From: Botryllus schlosseri
Lineage: Eukaryota
Length of the DNA stretch: 64,000 bases
Assembly (NCBI GenBank): GCA_051294905.1
Contig: CM119372.1
Span: 26,042,001-26,106,000, forward strand
Reading direction: 5' to 3'
Part shown: in pieces, positions 1 through 13,325 of the stretch
Numbering within the stretch: the stretch's first letter is position 1
Layout of the letters: the number at the start of each line of letters is the position of its first letter
Made by a program: the position numbers and the translations under genes
Notes under the pieces: generated by a model
What the model saw: only the letters and a program-made list of their open reading frames with translations
The model's database searches: none
What the model was told of the DNA's origin: nothing

Positions 1-160
1 CGACCCCTCCATGCTACCCCAGCAATGCGTGAGCGCCAAGCAAGAAAGTCACGGATATCATGGTTACTTATCAGGTCTTTATTCTGACCGGGCCGGGGAT
101 CGAACTCATGACCTACCGAACAAGAGGCCGGACGCTTCACCATTACGCTATCTTGTCGGC
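1..160 (-). mobile_element. tRNA-derived SINE family A (head + central domain; runs off window start)
   Basis: Minus strand has A-box TAGCGTAATGG and B-box GAGTTCGATCC, then CCGGTCAGAATAAAGAC...CTTGGCGCTCA; similar to 62997-63260 and 44551-44731. The central part resembles the Meta-SINE domain (from memory, unverified). Confidence 0.8.
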
Positions 161-959
161 GCACCATGATGGCCAAAACCGGCGTGTAATCAAAAATCAA
201 GAGTTGAGTGTGGCTTTTGATCTCCGCGGAACCCTTCCGTGGAACACATGTTAAGAATTACTTATCTATTGGTAACTTCACCAGTAAGAAACTATATGCT
301 ATCCCAGCTCTAGTTATAGGACAATGATAGGATGTTCCGCTCTAGTCCCACCCGCATTAATACTATCATTCGAATGACACCTTGCGTCTTTAGACTAGAT
401 TAGTAACTATTGCTACTCCGAAGGTACCTCATACGGACAACGCGCAAACAGGAAGGCACGGAATGATTCGTGTATGAATTGACTTTGTGAAGTCTCACGA
501 CGTCATGTGTTCACGGCTTCATGTTCACACCATCCCTACTACTCGCATGTCATTGCATTCAATATCTCGACAGATTTCACTTACCTATTATGTCTTGCAA
601 GCACGGGTTACTGTTCGGGAAAATAATTCTCTTTCTGTTGTCGTGTAAGAATGTGCTCGCCATCCCTCTGAGACTGCTTGTTTTGATCCACAGGAGGAAA
701 TTAGTTCGGTGCGTCACAACATATTGGTGAAGAATCACTCGGTATCGATGTGCTGCATTCACTCAATTTATGATATAGATAATGATAATATTGTGTTCTA
801 TCGCACAAATGCAAACATGAAAGTACGTGAATGAGTTCTGGAAAGTAAAATTGTTGTGGTGGATCACATTAAGAAAGTTCGACTGTTTTAACCGGGTCTA
901 CGCGCATTTTCGAGGGTATACGAGGTATTACGATTGCAAACAAGACACGAGGTTTAGAG

Positions 960-1454
960 CAGGGCTCGATAACTCAAAAAGGGTGGTGGGCCGCCTGAAC
1001 TCAATATTGAGTTAAAGTATGCCACACAGGTCAACAATCACGTTTTTGAAACTTTACGTCAGCACTACGCCGTGCTCTTTTGTATGGGTGACGGGCATAG
1101 TTACCTCAAACTGCCTCATCGTATAGCCTGAGCTTGTAGCGAAGCCCCAGGTCCTTTTCTAACGTCTCAGTCCTGTCAGTGTCTGGGACATTGCACGTCA
1201 AGGTAATATTCCCATTCATATCAGCTAATTCTTACTCCGTGGAAAGCTATTACCATCGCCGAGGCCGTATAAGCTAATCAGGAATACTGATGTTGGACAC
1301 AGGAGAATAGCTTATTTTATTCAAGAACAGCAATATTCCTAAACTGAAATCAATTTCAGCATTTCAAAACGATTTAAGCATTTTTATGAAATCTCAAATC
1401 AGGTCGCGGCCGCAAAATATGACCTGGTCGCGGGCCGCGTGTTGGTAACCACTG
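960..1454. mobile_element. hAT MITE
   Basis: Ends CAGGGCTCGATAAC / GTTGGTAACCACTG; 8-bp TSD GTTTAGAG at 952-959 and 1455-1462. Confidence 0.75.
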
Positions 1455-2236
1455 GTTTAGAGTCACAAGTCATACTACGATAGGTCTAACACAAGTCATC
1501 AGAGACATCGGAGATCAGGGGTTTTCAAAGTGGGCAAGATCGCCACCTTGTGGCGTTAGCGACCTGTGTAAGGGGTGCAAGCTACAAACGCGGTGGTAGC
1601 GGGGGAAAATCTGTTTGGAAAATCCGTACATTATTAGCTCTGTTTCAGCATAAGGAACAGATATATGAGTATGGGGTAACTTCGTTTGCGTTCACATCGG
1701 GCAAAGCGCAGTTACTGGGAAATCGTTACCAATTCTCTCCCAATATATATCCATGATTATGCAGAAATTAGTTTTCTAACTAACCAACCTATTAACGAAC
1801 AGAATTACTGGTCACGAGGATGCAGTTTTAAATATTTAATTCGCCACAACAAAGTATGATCGCTATGGAGGGGAAATTGATTTCTACGGTTTTATTTCTT
1901 AATTGTGTCCGTCATGAAATTTTTACAGGCGTGTGCCATAGCGTGTATGGTGCTGTATATGAAATGGATCAGCCTAAAATACCATACATGCCACCTTAGT
2001 CTGGGTGTGCTTGTGCAACAAACAAAACAAACAAATTAATGTCGGGTCTAAGGGCATTTGCTACTTGTTTCGATGTCCAGAGTTGTGCTGTGTGAAATAT
2101 GCAGGGAAAATTGTTGTAAATAAAGGACCGTTCACTTGCTCGTAACTGCTAATAATAAAATATAATTACAACCATGCATGAGCCCATTCAATGACTATCG
2201 GAATTGTTAAACTGTAAACCGCAAACTTAAACGGGG

Positions 2237-2715
2237 AGGCGGGTGGCACAGTTGGTTGAGCGCTGCAGTCACGACACCAATGGAGGTGGGTTCGAACCCC
2301 AGTTCTGACCAACTTCTACGTGTTGTAGGTTTCTCTCGGCTCCTCGTCGCCGACCTCACTACTACGGTGGTGCATTGAAAAGCCAAGATTGAAGGTGAGC
2401 ACTGAGCAGTGTGCTAGAAGTCGGCAGGAAGGGCTCCTCATCGCGGGACCCGCTGTAGCAACAGTGTCTTGAAAATCCCAGAAACAAAGTAAGCCACGCT
2501 GTATAAAGTCGGCACCAGAGACACGAAGTTGGATGCATGCGAGGAAGTCTACGACTACAGAGTGACCGTGAAAGATGAAGCGAATGAAGAAGATGCGATC
2601 TAAGATCGAAGATGTGATCGAAGATGTGATCTATACAATAGGCTATCAATGTCGTGATGCATAGGGCCAGATCTGGCGATATGCATCACTGGAATGTCAT
2701 GAATTAATAATAATA
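2237..2715 (+). mobile_element. tRNA-derived SINE family B
   Basis: A-box TGGCACAGTTGG, B-box GGTTCGAACC (2289-2298), body shared with 9157-9397 and 11118-11490, (TAA)n tail. Confidence 0.75.
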
Positions 2716-3334
2716 CCAATATTCGCATCATGTAATTTCGATTCTTCATTTTCCATCATCTGCTCTGTCATCATCTGCTCTGTCTGCTCTGTAACCCTTG
2801 CCAATTCTTCATCTACTGCAATTCTGTAATCTGACCTCTTCATGTATTGCATAGGAATAACAATTTGAGTGCATTAGTGAAATTTTAAAAATTTATTCCA
2901 ATCTCGCCATTTTCTTTTGGGGGCACGTTGCTCCCCCGCTTAGGTGAGTGTTTACCAGTTTTACTTTGAATGAAGAATGTAATTGTACACCATTATACAC
3001 TATTTTCTATCTATTCAAATATATGACTTTGGCTTTGCGGATAGCCGCCGCGTGGCATTTCAGTCGATAAACGTCGCCCACAGCAGTGTTTCGCAACCTT
3101 TTCGACCTCGCGGACCGGTAAAACTACAAAACAGATGTTGCGGACCGGTGAACCTTCAAAAATCAACATTAACCTTCAATTTAATTGCTCCAGATTTATA
3201 CAACCCAACGCCTTTTTGCATGCATATTCAACTTTCCATTTCTTGTTTGATTCAAGATAAATGACCAATCAAGGTGTTTTTCACACAGCTAACAAAATTT
3301 AATTACTTTTAATCATCACTCTTACTTCGAAAAC

Positions 3335-3517
3335 CCAATTTGACTTGAATTGAGACTTGACTTGACTCTACTCGAGTCACCTCCAAAAAACGATTGACTT
3401 GACTTGACTCGAGTCACCTTCGAAAATCGATTGACTTGACTTGAATTGACTCGAGTCAGAATGTGCAATGACTCGAGATGACTCGTGACACGAAGGTAGC
3501 GACTTTATCCCAACACT
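3335..3517. repeat. Fragment of the GACTCGAGTC/GACTT-repeat MITE
   Basis: Same short repeats as the complete copy at 61778-62347. Confidence 0.65.
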
Positions 3518-6091
3518 GCCTGAAGGTTGAAATTTGGCCCGACACCAAATAAGTAATGTCTGCTATAAGCCATACAAACATATGAAAAAAGATTCTATCA
3601 AAATATCGTGACCTGACATTTATAGCGGACCTTGCGGGCATGTCTAACGCACTGATCTCCAATCAGTGGTCCTATTTTTCTCATAATAGTATTTGAATGG
3701 TTCAGAGGTCAGAATTCTTGAATAATCTGCATGCCGAGGTGCATGTGTGTACCCGTACAGTATTGTTCCACTAATGCTCGAGCAGTCAGCTTTTTTTAAA
3801 TTAATGATATATCTTAACAGGGTATCACTTGCAACCATAATTATTCGTGTAGCATTCTAAATCTCGCGCTGACTTGTGCTGCCTTACGATACATTATATA
3901 AATCTGGGACTATCGGGTTGACAATATCATCAAGAAACGTTACATGGCAAATATATATATCCTCACAAAATACTTTTCATATTATACACGGAATGTGACA
4001 CATTAGATTCAATATAACCTCCCTCATTTCGGAAAGAGATATAAAACTACTACCAATACCTTTTTTTTTAAAACTCATCATTAACTTTTAGGAATACTAA
4101 AATCTTGATTCTGGATGTAATTTCGCGATTAACGTTAACAATCCGTCCTGCGCTTCACAATACTGCCCGCGGCAACTTGTAATAGTTCATCGAATGGCTA
4201 AATAACTATACAAAGACTTTTTAATTACAGCATATCGTATCTTGTCAACGAGCAATACAACGATCAAAAACTTCAGCGATTCTGCTTTCATGCATGTCTG
4301 CATAATTCTGTTTCATGTTAAACTACGGGAAAGCGACATAGTTTTAACTCGTCGCGGTACATTAAAAACTGTAAAACTTATTAACGCTTACAGTCCCAAA
4401 GGTATTCTAGATTTACTTATATCTCCTAATCTTCCTAATTAATGGTATAATGCTCATCGAGACGGGAGCTATAGTTAGAATATGAAGGAGAATCTATTGA
4501 TTCCTTCTGATGTTTGAACAATGTCTGATATAACTTCGAAGGCTGACAACCGTAAGCAATTATTTATGGTTTTACCCGCCATTCTGTTCTTTTTCACTTC
4601 AAAAGTGGGAATGCTTTCACAAATAGCTGTGTTACCGTATATCGAGCACCTCCCCAGTACAAAATCCCTCTAGCCTGGAAGCTGATATTCCCTTAAAAGC
4701 ATTCAAAAACGTTATTCCTTCTTGACGAGATGAACTTGCTACAGAATTAATTCTGTCGGGGTCAACCAGAAATATTTCGCATCACTTACAGCGCCTCGCA
4801 CTCGTTGGACTTCTTACCTTTTCAGAATCTCTCTCCCTCGTTCAAGAATTCGCAGACACAAGCGCAGTGTTGCCCGTACGCATATCGTCAAGCGGCTGTA
4901 GATATTGGGTGTCGTAGGAACCCAGCCACCACTTTTATAACGTGTTTATATTGTCAATCAATGGCCACGTCCTAGCTAGTGGCAAAAGAGTCTACTGTAA
5001 CCATCAAAGTATCTACACTGAATTATTTTCTCCGTGTCCAATACATAGATATAAGGTCGAACAGCTGCAATGCGAACCCGCAAATCCCATCCTTATTGCC
5101 ACTACCATCCTAAGAATAAAACGACTTGATTGCGACACACTAAATTGATTTTAAAAGTGCACGTTTACAAGGGCTTGAAAATCTCCGATTAATATAGTGA
5201 AAGCGTGCGATCTGTTCGCACGCCAGAAGCGATGGGCAGGTGATCCAGAATCTGGACTACCCTGATCTATAAAAGTAAATATATATATACGGGACATATA
5301 TGATGAAAGTAAGCAAGAAAACTAATGATGTTCGTGTGGAAGCACAATTTGCTGGCTTTGAGTATAGGCGTACTCACAGAAGTATAAGTGAAAAACACTC
5401 ACACATAACCTCTCATGGAGTTCAAACCTGGAAGATGACGCGCACATGAAACGGTGCAGAGAACTGAGTTTGTGCTATTATATTGCATGCAGTGCGATTT
5501 TCCAACAGCAGCAGTGGATTAGACCGCATATGTGATTGAAATGACAGCTTTGCTATATACATCGCAAATCAAACACACACACACACAAAACACCCGACAC
5601 ACTCCTGGAGTCGTGTCTTCTCAAAACTTATCCCCGCCATAACGTAATCGTGAGAAAGTTTTCACCCTACCAAACTATCTCAACCTAACTAATTCCTACA
5701 AAATTCATCAAAATTCGGCAGTTTTGGAATTATAACGGTATCAGTCATCATGCAACAATAACCAATAAACAACACACGTACATCAATCACTGTTAGGCAA
5801 CATTTCGCGGTTTGAGGACGGAAATACGACGAAGGACTTGTCAAATTGTGCTTCAGATGCGAAAATCACTTCCTGTTCACTGTTGAGACTTCATATGAGG
5901 AAACCTTGCGGGAATGTTTGGGTCCCGGTCATTGTCAGTGTCTGGGCCATTGTCCCGACAACATAAGGTCTCTATGTAATCTTTAGGAATTGCTTTCTCG
6001 AGGGCACGTTGTTGCTATTAACAAGCCGTTTCACCATGAGTATAAAAAATACTTGTGCGAAAGGAAAAATTGCAAGTATGCTGGTATTAGG

Positions 6092-7022
6092 TAGGGATGG
6101 TGTGAACCTCTGAAAGGTTCAGGTTCGTGTGAACGCGAACCTTTTTGAAAGGTTCTGTGTGAACACGAACGTGAACCTCATGACGTCACGTGACGTCATA
6201 TTGCTAATCCCAACCCTATCTTTCAATGAAATGATACCGTATATTAATGTATACGATACCTAGCGAAGACCCGGGCCACATAATGTCACAATGCTGAAGT
6301 ACATATTGGCGTTTTAAACATCGCTTAATGTATCAACTGAGGCAATCAAATGATATAATACTTCCATAAAATCAATAAGCCAACAATTTCGATGAGTACT
6401 TGCCATGGAATATATGCTTATGCCTTAACAGTCTTGGCCAGACCGGACAATGTATTCAGCGTCTGAGTATTGTTACATTGATTTTGAGCAGAGTGTAAAA
6501 CAGGGTTTCTATACTTGCTACCGATATTATCCCATTATTAAGTTATACAGCAGTAGCCAACACCCCAATCGCACGTTTTTTTATGATACAATAAAATTAT
6601 AAAGTCAAGATTGATTGGTTGAATAAGCATCATTCGCTGACTACATTTAGTGTATTTCGCTCATGACGTTGTGTGATTGCGAGTCGAGCTCTTAGCAGAG
6701 AGTCGCTAAATATTCACAAACGAAAATCTGGGTATTTGGAGCAAATTTTTGTAACAAGGCAAGTAAAATTTTTGAGATTGTCAAGGTGCACATTCGTTTT
6801 GTGTTGATTGTTTCTGCTGCCAGCGGCATGCACAGACTGGCCCGCAGTTGAAGTGCAATAAATTTGCACTAAAGATGTCATAATGAAGTGAATATTGAAA
6901 GTATATATGAAAAAGGTTCACAGTGCAGAACCTATCAAGGTTCTGTTGTGAACGCGAACCTCTGAATTTCCGAGGGTCACACACAGAACGCGAACGTGAA
7001 CCTCACGTTCACACCATCCCTA
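6092..7022. mobile_element. hAT MITE family M1 (uninterrupted copy)
   Basis: TIR TAGGGATGGTGTGAAC / GTTCACACCATCCCTA (Ac-like TAGGGATG); perfect TSD GTATTAGG at 6084-6091 and 7023-7030; subterminal GAAC repeats. Confidence 0.9.
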
Positions 7023-8173
7023 GTATTAGGTATTCCTGGATAAACTTACATCTCGATCGCTATCATGTATTTGTAACTTGTACTGTAATTTTATTGTTGG
7101 CTGGGAATGATCTTTAAGTCCATACGGAATTAAGATTTCGGGATAATATTTTTGTGTATTCAATGAAATTTCCGCTTGTTCATGTAGAGGAGAATGAAAC
7201 GATGCTTTGTAATCTTTGCGTGATCACATTGTGGATGGATGGAAAGAAGAATTACATTAGCACGGTGACTCTCAACTTTCTTACTGCATCCCATAAAAGA
7301 GAATCATAATTTGCGACACCCCACACCACAGCACTGGATCGACTTTATGAGGTTTCAGCACATAATGATATAAATTTGCTCCGAATAAGTGGTAACTTTA
7401 CTCCTGTGACCAAACATAGATCTAAATATCGTAATTTACTGTTCACGTTTGTGCAAATTATAACTTAGCGATATAACGGAGCAATAATTAGGTGGTACAT
7501 TTATATCGAAAGAAAAACTACTATTCCAAAACCCTTTACGTACTCATATCTTCAAAACAAATGTTTACGGTGCCAAATTTCTACATGTCCAGCTACTCAC
7601 TGCCCTGTTATGACCGAGTCTGCAGAAAAGTATACCTGCTTAGTAATAACTGCGATACGTGTAACCTGATATACGCTCGGATACTTGGTTAGCACAAGAA
7701 CGTTAGGTCAGGGGGCAGGTAACTTGGGCGTTATCTGTTATGATATTAAATATTAAATGTATCTATAGTAAGGATCGTGCGAACCCCTGACAGGTTCTGG
7801 TTGTGGGAATGCGAAACTTTTTGAAAGGTGCCATGTAAATGCGAGCGTGAACACGAACACGAACCTACGGCATCGTGTGACGTCACAATGATAATTCCAA
7901 CACTACATTTCCGTAAAGTATTGCATCAATATACACAATGCCTATACGGCCGTAAACCAAACTTTACGCTGATTGGTCGAGAGACAGTGGCCATGGATAC
8001 GACGCAGCAACGGAGGACGCTGCATTTACCTAAGCCTAGTTGGCACTACGATGTATTCCTATAGCCGTGTAGACTGTATAAAAACGACAAGATTACAGTT
8101 AAATGTTTATTACTTCATCAATATTAAAATTCGGAAAGGAAATAAAATATTTAATAAGATATACTGAAATATA

Positions 8174-8330
8174 ATGCCGAAATACTACTGTGTTTATGAA
8201 TGCAGTGCCACCAATGGCAATGAACTGGGGAAGAACAGATCTTTCCATTCATTTTCTTCCAACGCAAAGGACAGGAAGGCTTGGGAAGGCAGAGTATAAG
8301 AAGGCAGGATTATTTGTGGCTCACATTTGG
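8174..8330 (+). pseudogene. Second, mirror-image THAP N-terminus in the left TIR
   Basis: ATG at 8174: MPKYYCVYECSATNGNELGKNRSFHSFSSNAKDRKAWEGRV*, then ICGSH. Confidence 0.7.
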
Positions 8331-8494
8331 GCCTGAATTTGATGCCAATAAGAGTCGTTTACTTGTAATTATCTAGCAGCAGTCAAATAAAAACTCTTTT
8401 TCTGTGATTTCTGCCCAAGTTCAAATTTCATGAACTCATCGCATGTGCTGTTACGATACCTCAAGCACGCCAAGGCAGATGAGGTCTGCTCAGC

Positions 8495-9563
8495 TAGAAC
8501 CACTCTATCATGTGAAGCACCCAGATATCCATATGGAAAAAGAACAAGACCTATCTTTGCTACATTTACATGAGTGATCCTTAGTAGTCTTGAATGGCCC
8601 TTTCTTCGTGCAATAATAACCCCCACAATATTGAATACCTGTTCATACTGTACTGTCCTTGAAGTGATTTGAAAAGAGATGTTGCATATGGAGTACCTGC
8701 TGTCTTGTTCCCCTCAAAGCAGTCCAAAACCCTACCAAAATTGCTACTTGTGAGTCGAAGAGCCCTATGTATTTACACCATTCTGCACATCATCTCTGTT
8801 CTGATGTCCTGTGGGCTTATAGGTAGCTAATCTGCATATGACTGACTTCGTTGGCTTCTAACCCTAAGATTCAGGTGATGGATTTGAAGATTCCATTTCA
8901 AGGCTACACGATGGCGATTCTAGATCAGGATCACCAGATGACACTGTAAGATTCGCATGTGCAGCATCCACAACATTGCAGGAAGACAGTTGACACGGCA
9001 TGGAGTTCAGGGTCCGCCTCTTTGCAATGCGCATATCTTCTGCTTCACCACGGAGATTGCGACTGGGAATCGCACCTCTCTTTAGACGTGACTGTATTGG
9101 TGTATCTATAATGCACTAGCAGCAAAATCTTCCTTGCCAAAGTGGTGGTAGCAAATTATTATTATTATTATTATTGTACACAACAGTGGTGCTTTTAGCC
9201 TGTTTAAGGCTTTGTGCTCCACGACATGACAGTATTTGAACTGATCAATGCATTTATTGTTGTCTTTGACATTCTTTCCACTCTCTCATGCATCGGCTCG
9301 CGATTCATCGGGTCTTTAGCTGCTGACTTGTAGCTCGGCTCACTGTGATTTCTGGGCTTTTTAAGTCACTGCAACTGCAGTGAGGTCGGCGATGAGGAGC
9401 AAATGAAGCTTGTGGAAGTAGGCTTGAAATCCTGCCTTCTTACTCTGCATTCCCAAGCCTTCCTGACCTTTGCGTTGGAACGAAATGAATGGAAAAATCT
9501 GTTCTTCTTCAGTTCATTGCCATTGGTGACACTGCATTTATAAACACAGCAGTATTTCGGCAT
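8495..9563 (-). pseudogene. Disrupted THAP zinc finger + YqaJ (lambda-exonuclease-like) ORF
   Basis: THAP: MPKYCCVYKC...FHSF...W...FICYHHFGKEDF...RLKRGAIPS after removing a SINE. YqaJ motifs: EWCKY/RALRLTSSNFG, WG/LHEERAIQDY, GLVLFPYGYLGASHD. Several frameshifts and stops. Confidence 0.75.
9157..9397 (-). mobile_element. 5'-truncated SINE family B inserted in the THAP coding region
   Basis: (TTA)n tail at 9157; TSD AGCAAAT at 9150-9156 and 9398-9404. Confidence 0.75.
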
Positions 9564-10830
9564 TATATTTTAGTATACATTACTAAATATTTAATATCCT
9601 TTCCTAATTTTATTATTGATGAAGTAATAAACATTTAACTGTAATCTTGTCGTTTTTATGCAGTCTACACGGCTATAGGAATACATCGTAGTGCCAACAG
9701 GCTTAGGTAAATGCAGCGTCCTCCGTTGCTGCGTCGTATCCATGGCCACTGTCTCTCGACCAATCAGCGTAAAGTTTGGTTTACGGCCGTATAGCGACGA
9801 CTCAGGTCAGACAGCATTCGAGTAACATATAAGTATATGCTGACTTTTTCAACATCACCGAATATATCAACTGAAACAAACAATTGCTATAATAATTACA
9901 TGAAATCAATATCTTCCGTCGCTTTTCCAACAATTTCGTCGAGGACTAGCAAGGGAATAAAAAGCTTACGCCTTAACGGTCTAGGCTCGACCGGACAATG
10001 TAATTTTAAGGCGTCAGACAACTGCTACATTGATATTTATCAGAGTGAAATTTCTATACTTGCTATAGATACTACCTCAAAATTACAAGTTATGCAGTAG
10101 CCAACACCCCAATTGGACGGATTTCGTTTTTATGATACAACAAACATATCAAATCATGATAGATCCCGCCCGCCTACTAGATTCTATACATTAGACAATG
10201 GTATACATTATTTATAATATTTATATTGTTGATGTCGATCATTGATACATTATTGTAATTTCGGGCCAAGATCACAACATAGAGTCACTAAATATTCATA
10301 AATGGTAAGCTAAATATTTCGAAAAAACTTTTCTAATAAAACCAACAACATTTTGAAATGGCAAGGTAGATGCTCGTTTAGTTCCGAATTTATTTTCGTG
10401 TTGCTAGCGCCATGCATCGAGTGGTCCAAAGTTGGAATGCAAACAATTTCAGCAAAAGATGTTATAATGAAGTGAAAAATTGTAATATATGGATAAGGTT
10501 CACAGTGCAGAACTTACCAAGGTTCGTTTGCAAACGCGAACACAGAACGCGAACGTAAACCTCACGTCTACACCAACTCTATTAGTGTATAGTATAAATA
10601 CTATAAAAGGCATACATACATTTCCACTGTTTTTTTTTATGAACGACTAATCTTGAGCATTTTTACAGTCACAGTTGAACGTGCATCCTTGCCTTAAAAT
10701 TAGGTAAATGTGAAAAGTGGTATCTGCGGGTCGAGATCCTCTGAAATAAATTATCAGTAATAGGTACATATATCAATTGAAATGTCTGCGCCGCGATATC
10801 TTTGCATGTCGTCAACAACGCAAATAAGTG

Positions 10831-11085
10831 GCGAGATACAGCGTTGTGGTACAATCCACAACTGCAACACCAATGGGTTGCGGGTTCGAATCCGACCGAG
10901 GTCGACTCCAGAATTCCTACCTAAGTGTTGAAGTTTAATCTAGGCTCCTCCTCGCCACATGCAAGCGGTGTCTCATAAAAAGCCTAGAGTCAATTAGAGC
11001 TACAAGTCGGCAGGTACGGAATAAAAATGAAGAAAATTGGCCACGTGTAAATGACCACAGTATAGTCGGCAAACACTATGACCAT
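10831..11085 (+). mobile_element. tRNA-derived SINE (family B variant)
   Basis: B-box GGTTCGAATCC; related copies or fragments at 44733-44915, 26825-26870, 29420-29610, 24183-24302 and 15360-15465(-). Confidence 0.75.
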
Positions 11086-11117
11086 GACCACACGATTTGC
11101 AGTAGTTGTATATATAT

Positions 11118-11490
11118 ATTATTATTATTAATTCAAGGCATTTCAGTGGCGCTTATAGCCTTTTTTAGGCCTTGTGCACCACGGCATGGATATTGTACAG
11201 TTCAATGACATTGTCTTTTTCAGTATCTTTGACTTTTTCTTTTTGCATCGTTCATCAATTGCTTCGTAATCGTTCACTTTTTCATTTCAATCCTCAAACT
11301 TCATCGCACTCTCCCATGCATTCAACTTCGGGTCTCGGATGCCGACTTTTTGCAGCGTGGCTTACTGTGTTTCTGGGCTTTTCAAGACACTGTTAGAACA
11401 GCGGGATCAGCGATGAGGAGTCCAGATAAACCTCCGACACATATAAACTAGCCCGAACAAGGGTTCGAACCAACCACCATTGGTGCCACT
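11118..11490 (-). mobile_element. SINE family B
   Basis: B-box at 11461-11471, body matches 2237-2715, (TTA)n tail; sits tail-to-tail with 10831-11085. Confidence 0.7.
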
Positions 11491-13325
11491 CGCATCCCCT
11501 TGTATATATATATAATATCTAATATAATAGTAAGTGGTTCGATGTAAATCTGATGTCACATTTTACTGTATGTCTTCTTATATGCCTTGCGCCATAGAAT
11601 GTTACCGTGATATCTGTGAAGCAGTCGCGAACCAAACACTGTCTCAGATCGCATACGAACCGAACGTTATAAATATTCTTAGGATCGTGCATGTAGGCTA
11701 CATGTCAGTCATTAACTTACCTGGATATTGACTGTACTGGGCTATTGATACAATATTGGAACATGTTGCCAACATTACGCTTAAGGACAGATGGCAGCAG
11801 ATGAAAACGTTTACAGCTCAATGGTAGTAGAAATATTCCCACAATAGATGATCCTGATACAGGCAAAGTTTTCAAAATTCAAGTAATGAATCATCTACTT
11901 CCCAAATTTCAAGATTCGGACTGACAGTAATACAACCACTTCCATTAATGCCGAAGAGATTGGCGGGTATAGTGGCATATCCAATGCATATCACTTTTAG
12001 AGCCTAATACTCAAGTCTAAACTTGCCGGACCTGGACGGGGCTCATGCACCTTCGGACCAAAAGTTATTTTCTCCTTAAGTCAGTAACGACTTTACCTTA
12101 ATTTGGTCCGATAGTTCATAAGCCCCTCGGGACCGTTGATTAATTTGTTCGTCACCAGAAAACAAATTCTGCCAAGGTGTTGAATTTGTGAAACTTAAGA
12201 TTTTCCAATTATTAGAAGATTTGGATAGATGAAAGATTATATGTAATAGAACAAATATCAATGGAAAAGTTATTCAATTTGAGGGGTAGCTTAGCCCCTT
12301 TATGTGACACAGAGCCTGTTCGTTTCGTCCATAAGTGAGTCCAAATATTCGCCCTGAAATTGCTATACTTATTCCAGTCTATGTTAAGCTACGGCATATT
12401 GATTAAAATATATTTCATAATAAAGTAAATAAGATAACATCACATCACCATTTTGTTACCCGTAGGCTATACATGTCCAGTAGCATCATCAAGGTCATTA
12501 TTCGTTAACTGAATGTTACCATATCGTTTCTTAACATGTTAGTCGTCAATAAACTGTCAGCCACAAATGGCAACAAAACATTTCAGAAAATGTGGTCATC
12601 CAAGATAGCTGCCTCCTACCGCCACATGGGTAATGTGTCTACCCCCGCACCTTCAGTCTCGCTCCCCATTGTATATCGAACTCAGCCTGAAATTGTGTTA
12701 TTTTTAGGGTTGGGAACCACCGCGCTATAAATATTATAGCGCAACACATCAAATTATTGAATGACTGTAACATTAGCACGCTCCCACCACCACATGATAA
12801 TAGCCGTACTTACTCCACGCGAGATTTGATGTCTGAAGTAGTGACAACACCGAGAAAAAGTAGTGGCTACTGTGGGAACATTGATGGATATTGACTAGGG
12901 ATGGTGTGAACTTGAGGTTCACGTTCGCGTTCTGTGTGCGAACCGCAGAAATTTAGAGGTTTACGTTCACAAACGAACCTTGATAGGTTCTGCACGGTGA
13001 ACCTTTTTTATGTATTAAAACTTTTTCACGTCATTATAACGTCTTCCGTTGAAATTCTTCACATTTGAACACATGTGGCCCGCGAGAAGGATTTAAATGA
13101 CCCGCAAGGAAATTTTCGAAATTAGTTACCTTATCAAAAATGGATTGCTCATATTGTGAACTTGCAAGGCCAACCAAAAATTTGATTAGTCTGGCTGCAG
13201 CGCTTGGGATGTTGATGACTAAAATATCAGTTCCGACGCATTGGCAGATCCAGGGCCAGAAACATTTTTGGTAAATCTTCGTACATCACGATAATGTAGA
13301 ATATTTGCGGTAGATTTATCTAAAG

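Larger units (their letters stand above)
7945..9791. mobile_element. ISL2EU/IS4EU-like DNA transposon relic with ~360-bp TIRs and TA TSD
   Basis: TIR starts TACGGCCGTAAACCAAAC and is mirrored at the 9791 end; the empty site CCTAGCG in other M1 copies implies TA duplication; THAP and YqaJ remnants lie inside. Confidence 0.75.
7768..10581. mobile_element. M1 MITE copy interrupted by the THAP/YqaJ element
   Basis: 7768-7944 and 9792-10581 align colinearly to 6092-7022; termini are degenerate, so boundaries are approximate. Confidence 0.75.

Noticed and set aside
85..160. tRNA gene (also the tRNA-like heads at 2237, 10831, 44733 and 63190-63260)
   Set aside because: A and B boxes are present, but each continues into a shared SINE body and no complete cloverleaf is evident.
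4818..4935. Exon-like segment with a strong minus-strand donor
   Set aside because: All three frames contain a stop and no recognisable motif.
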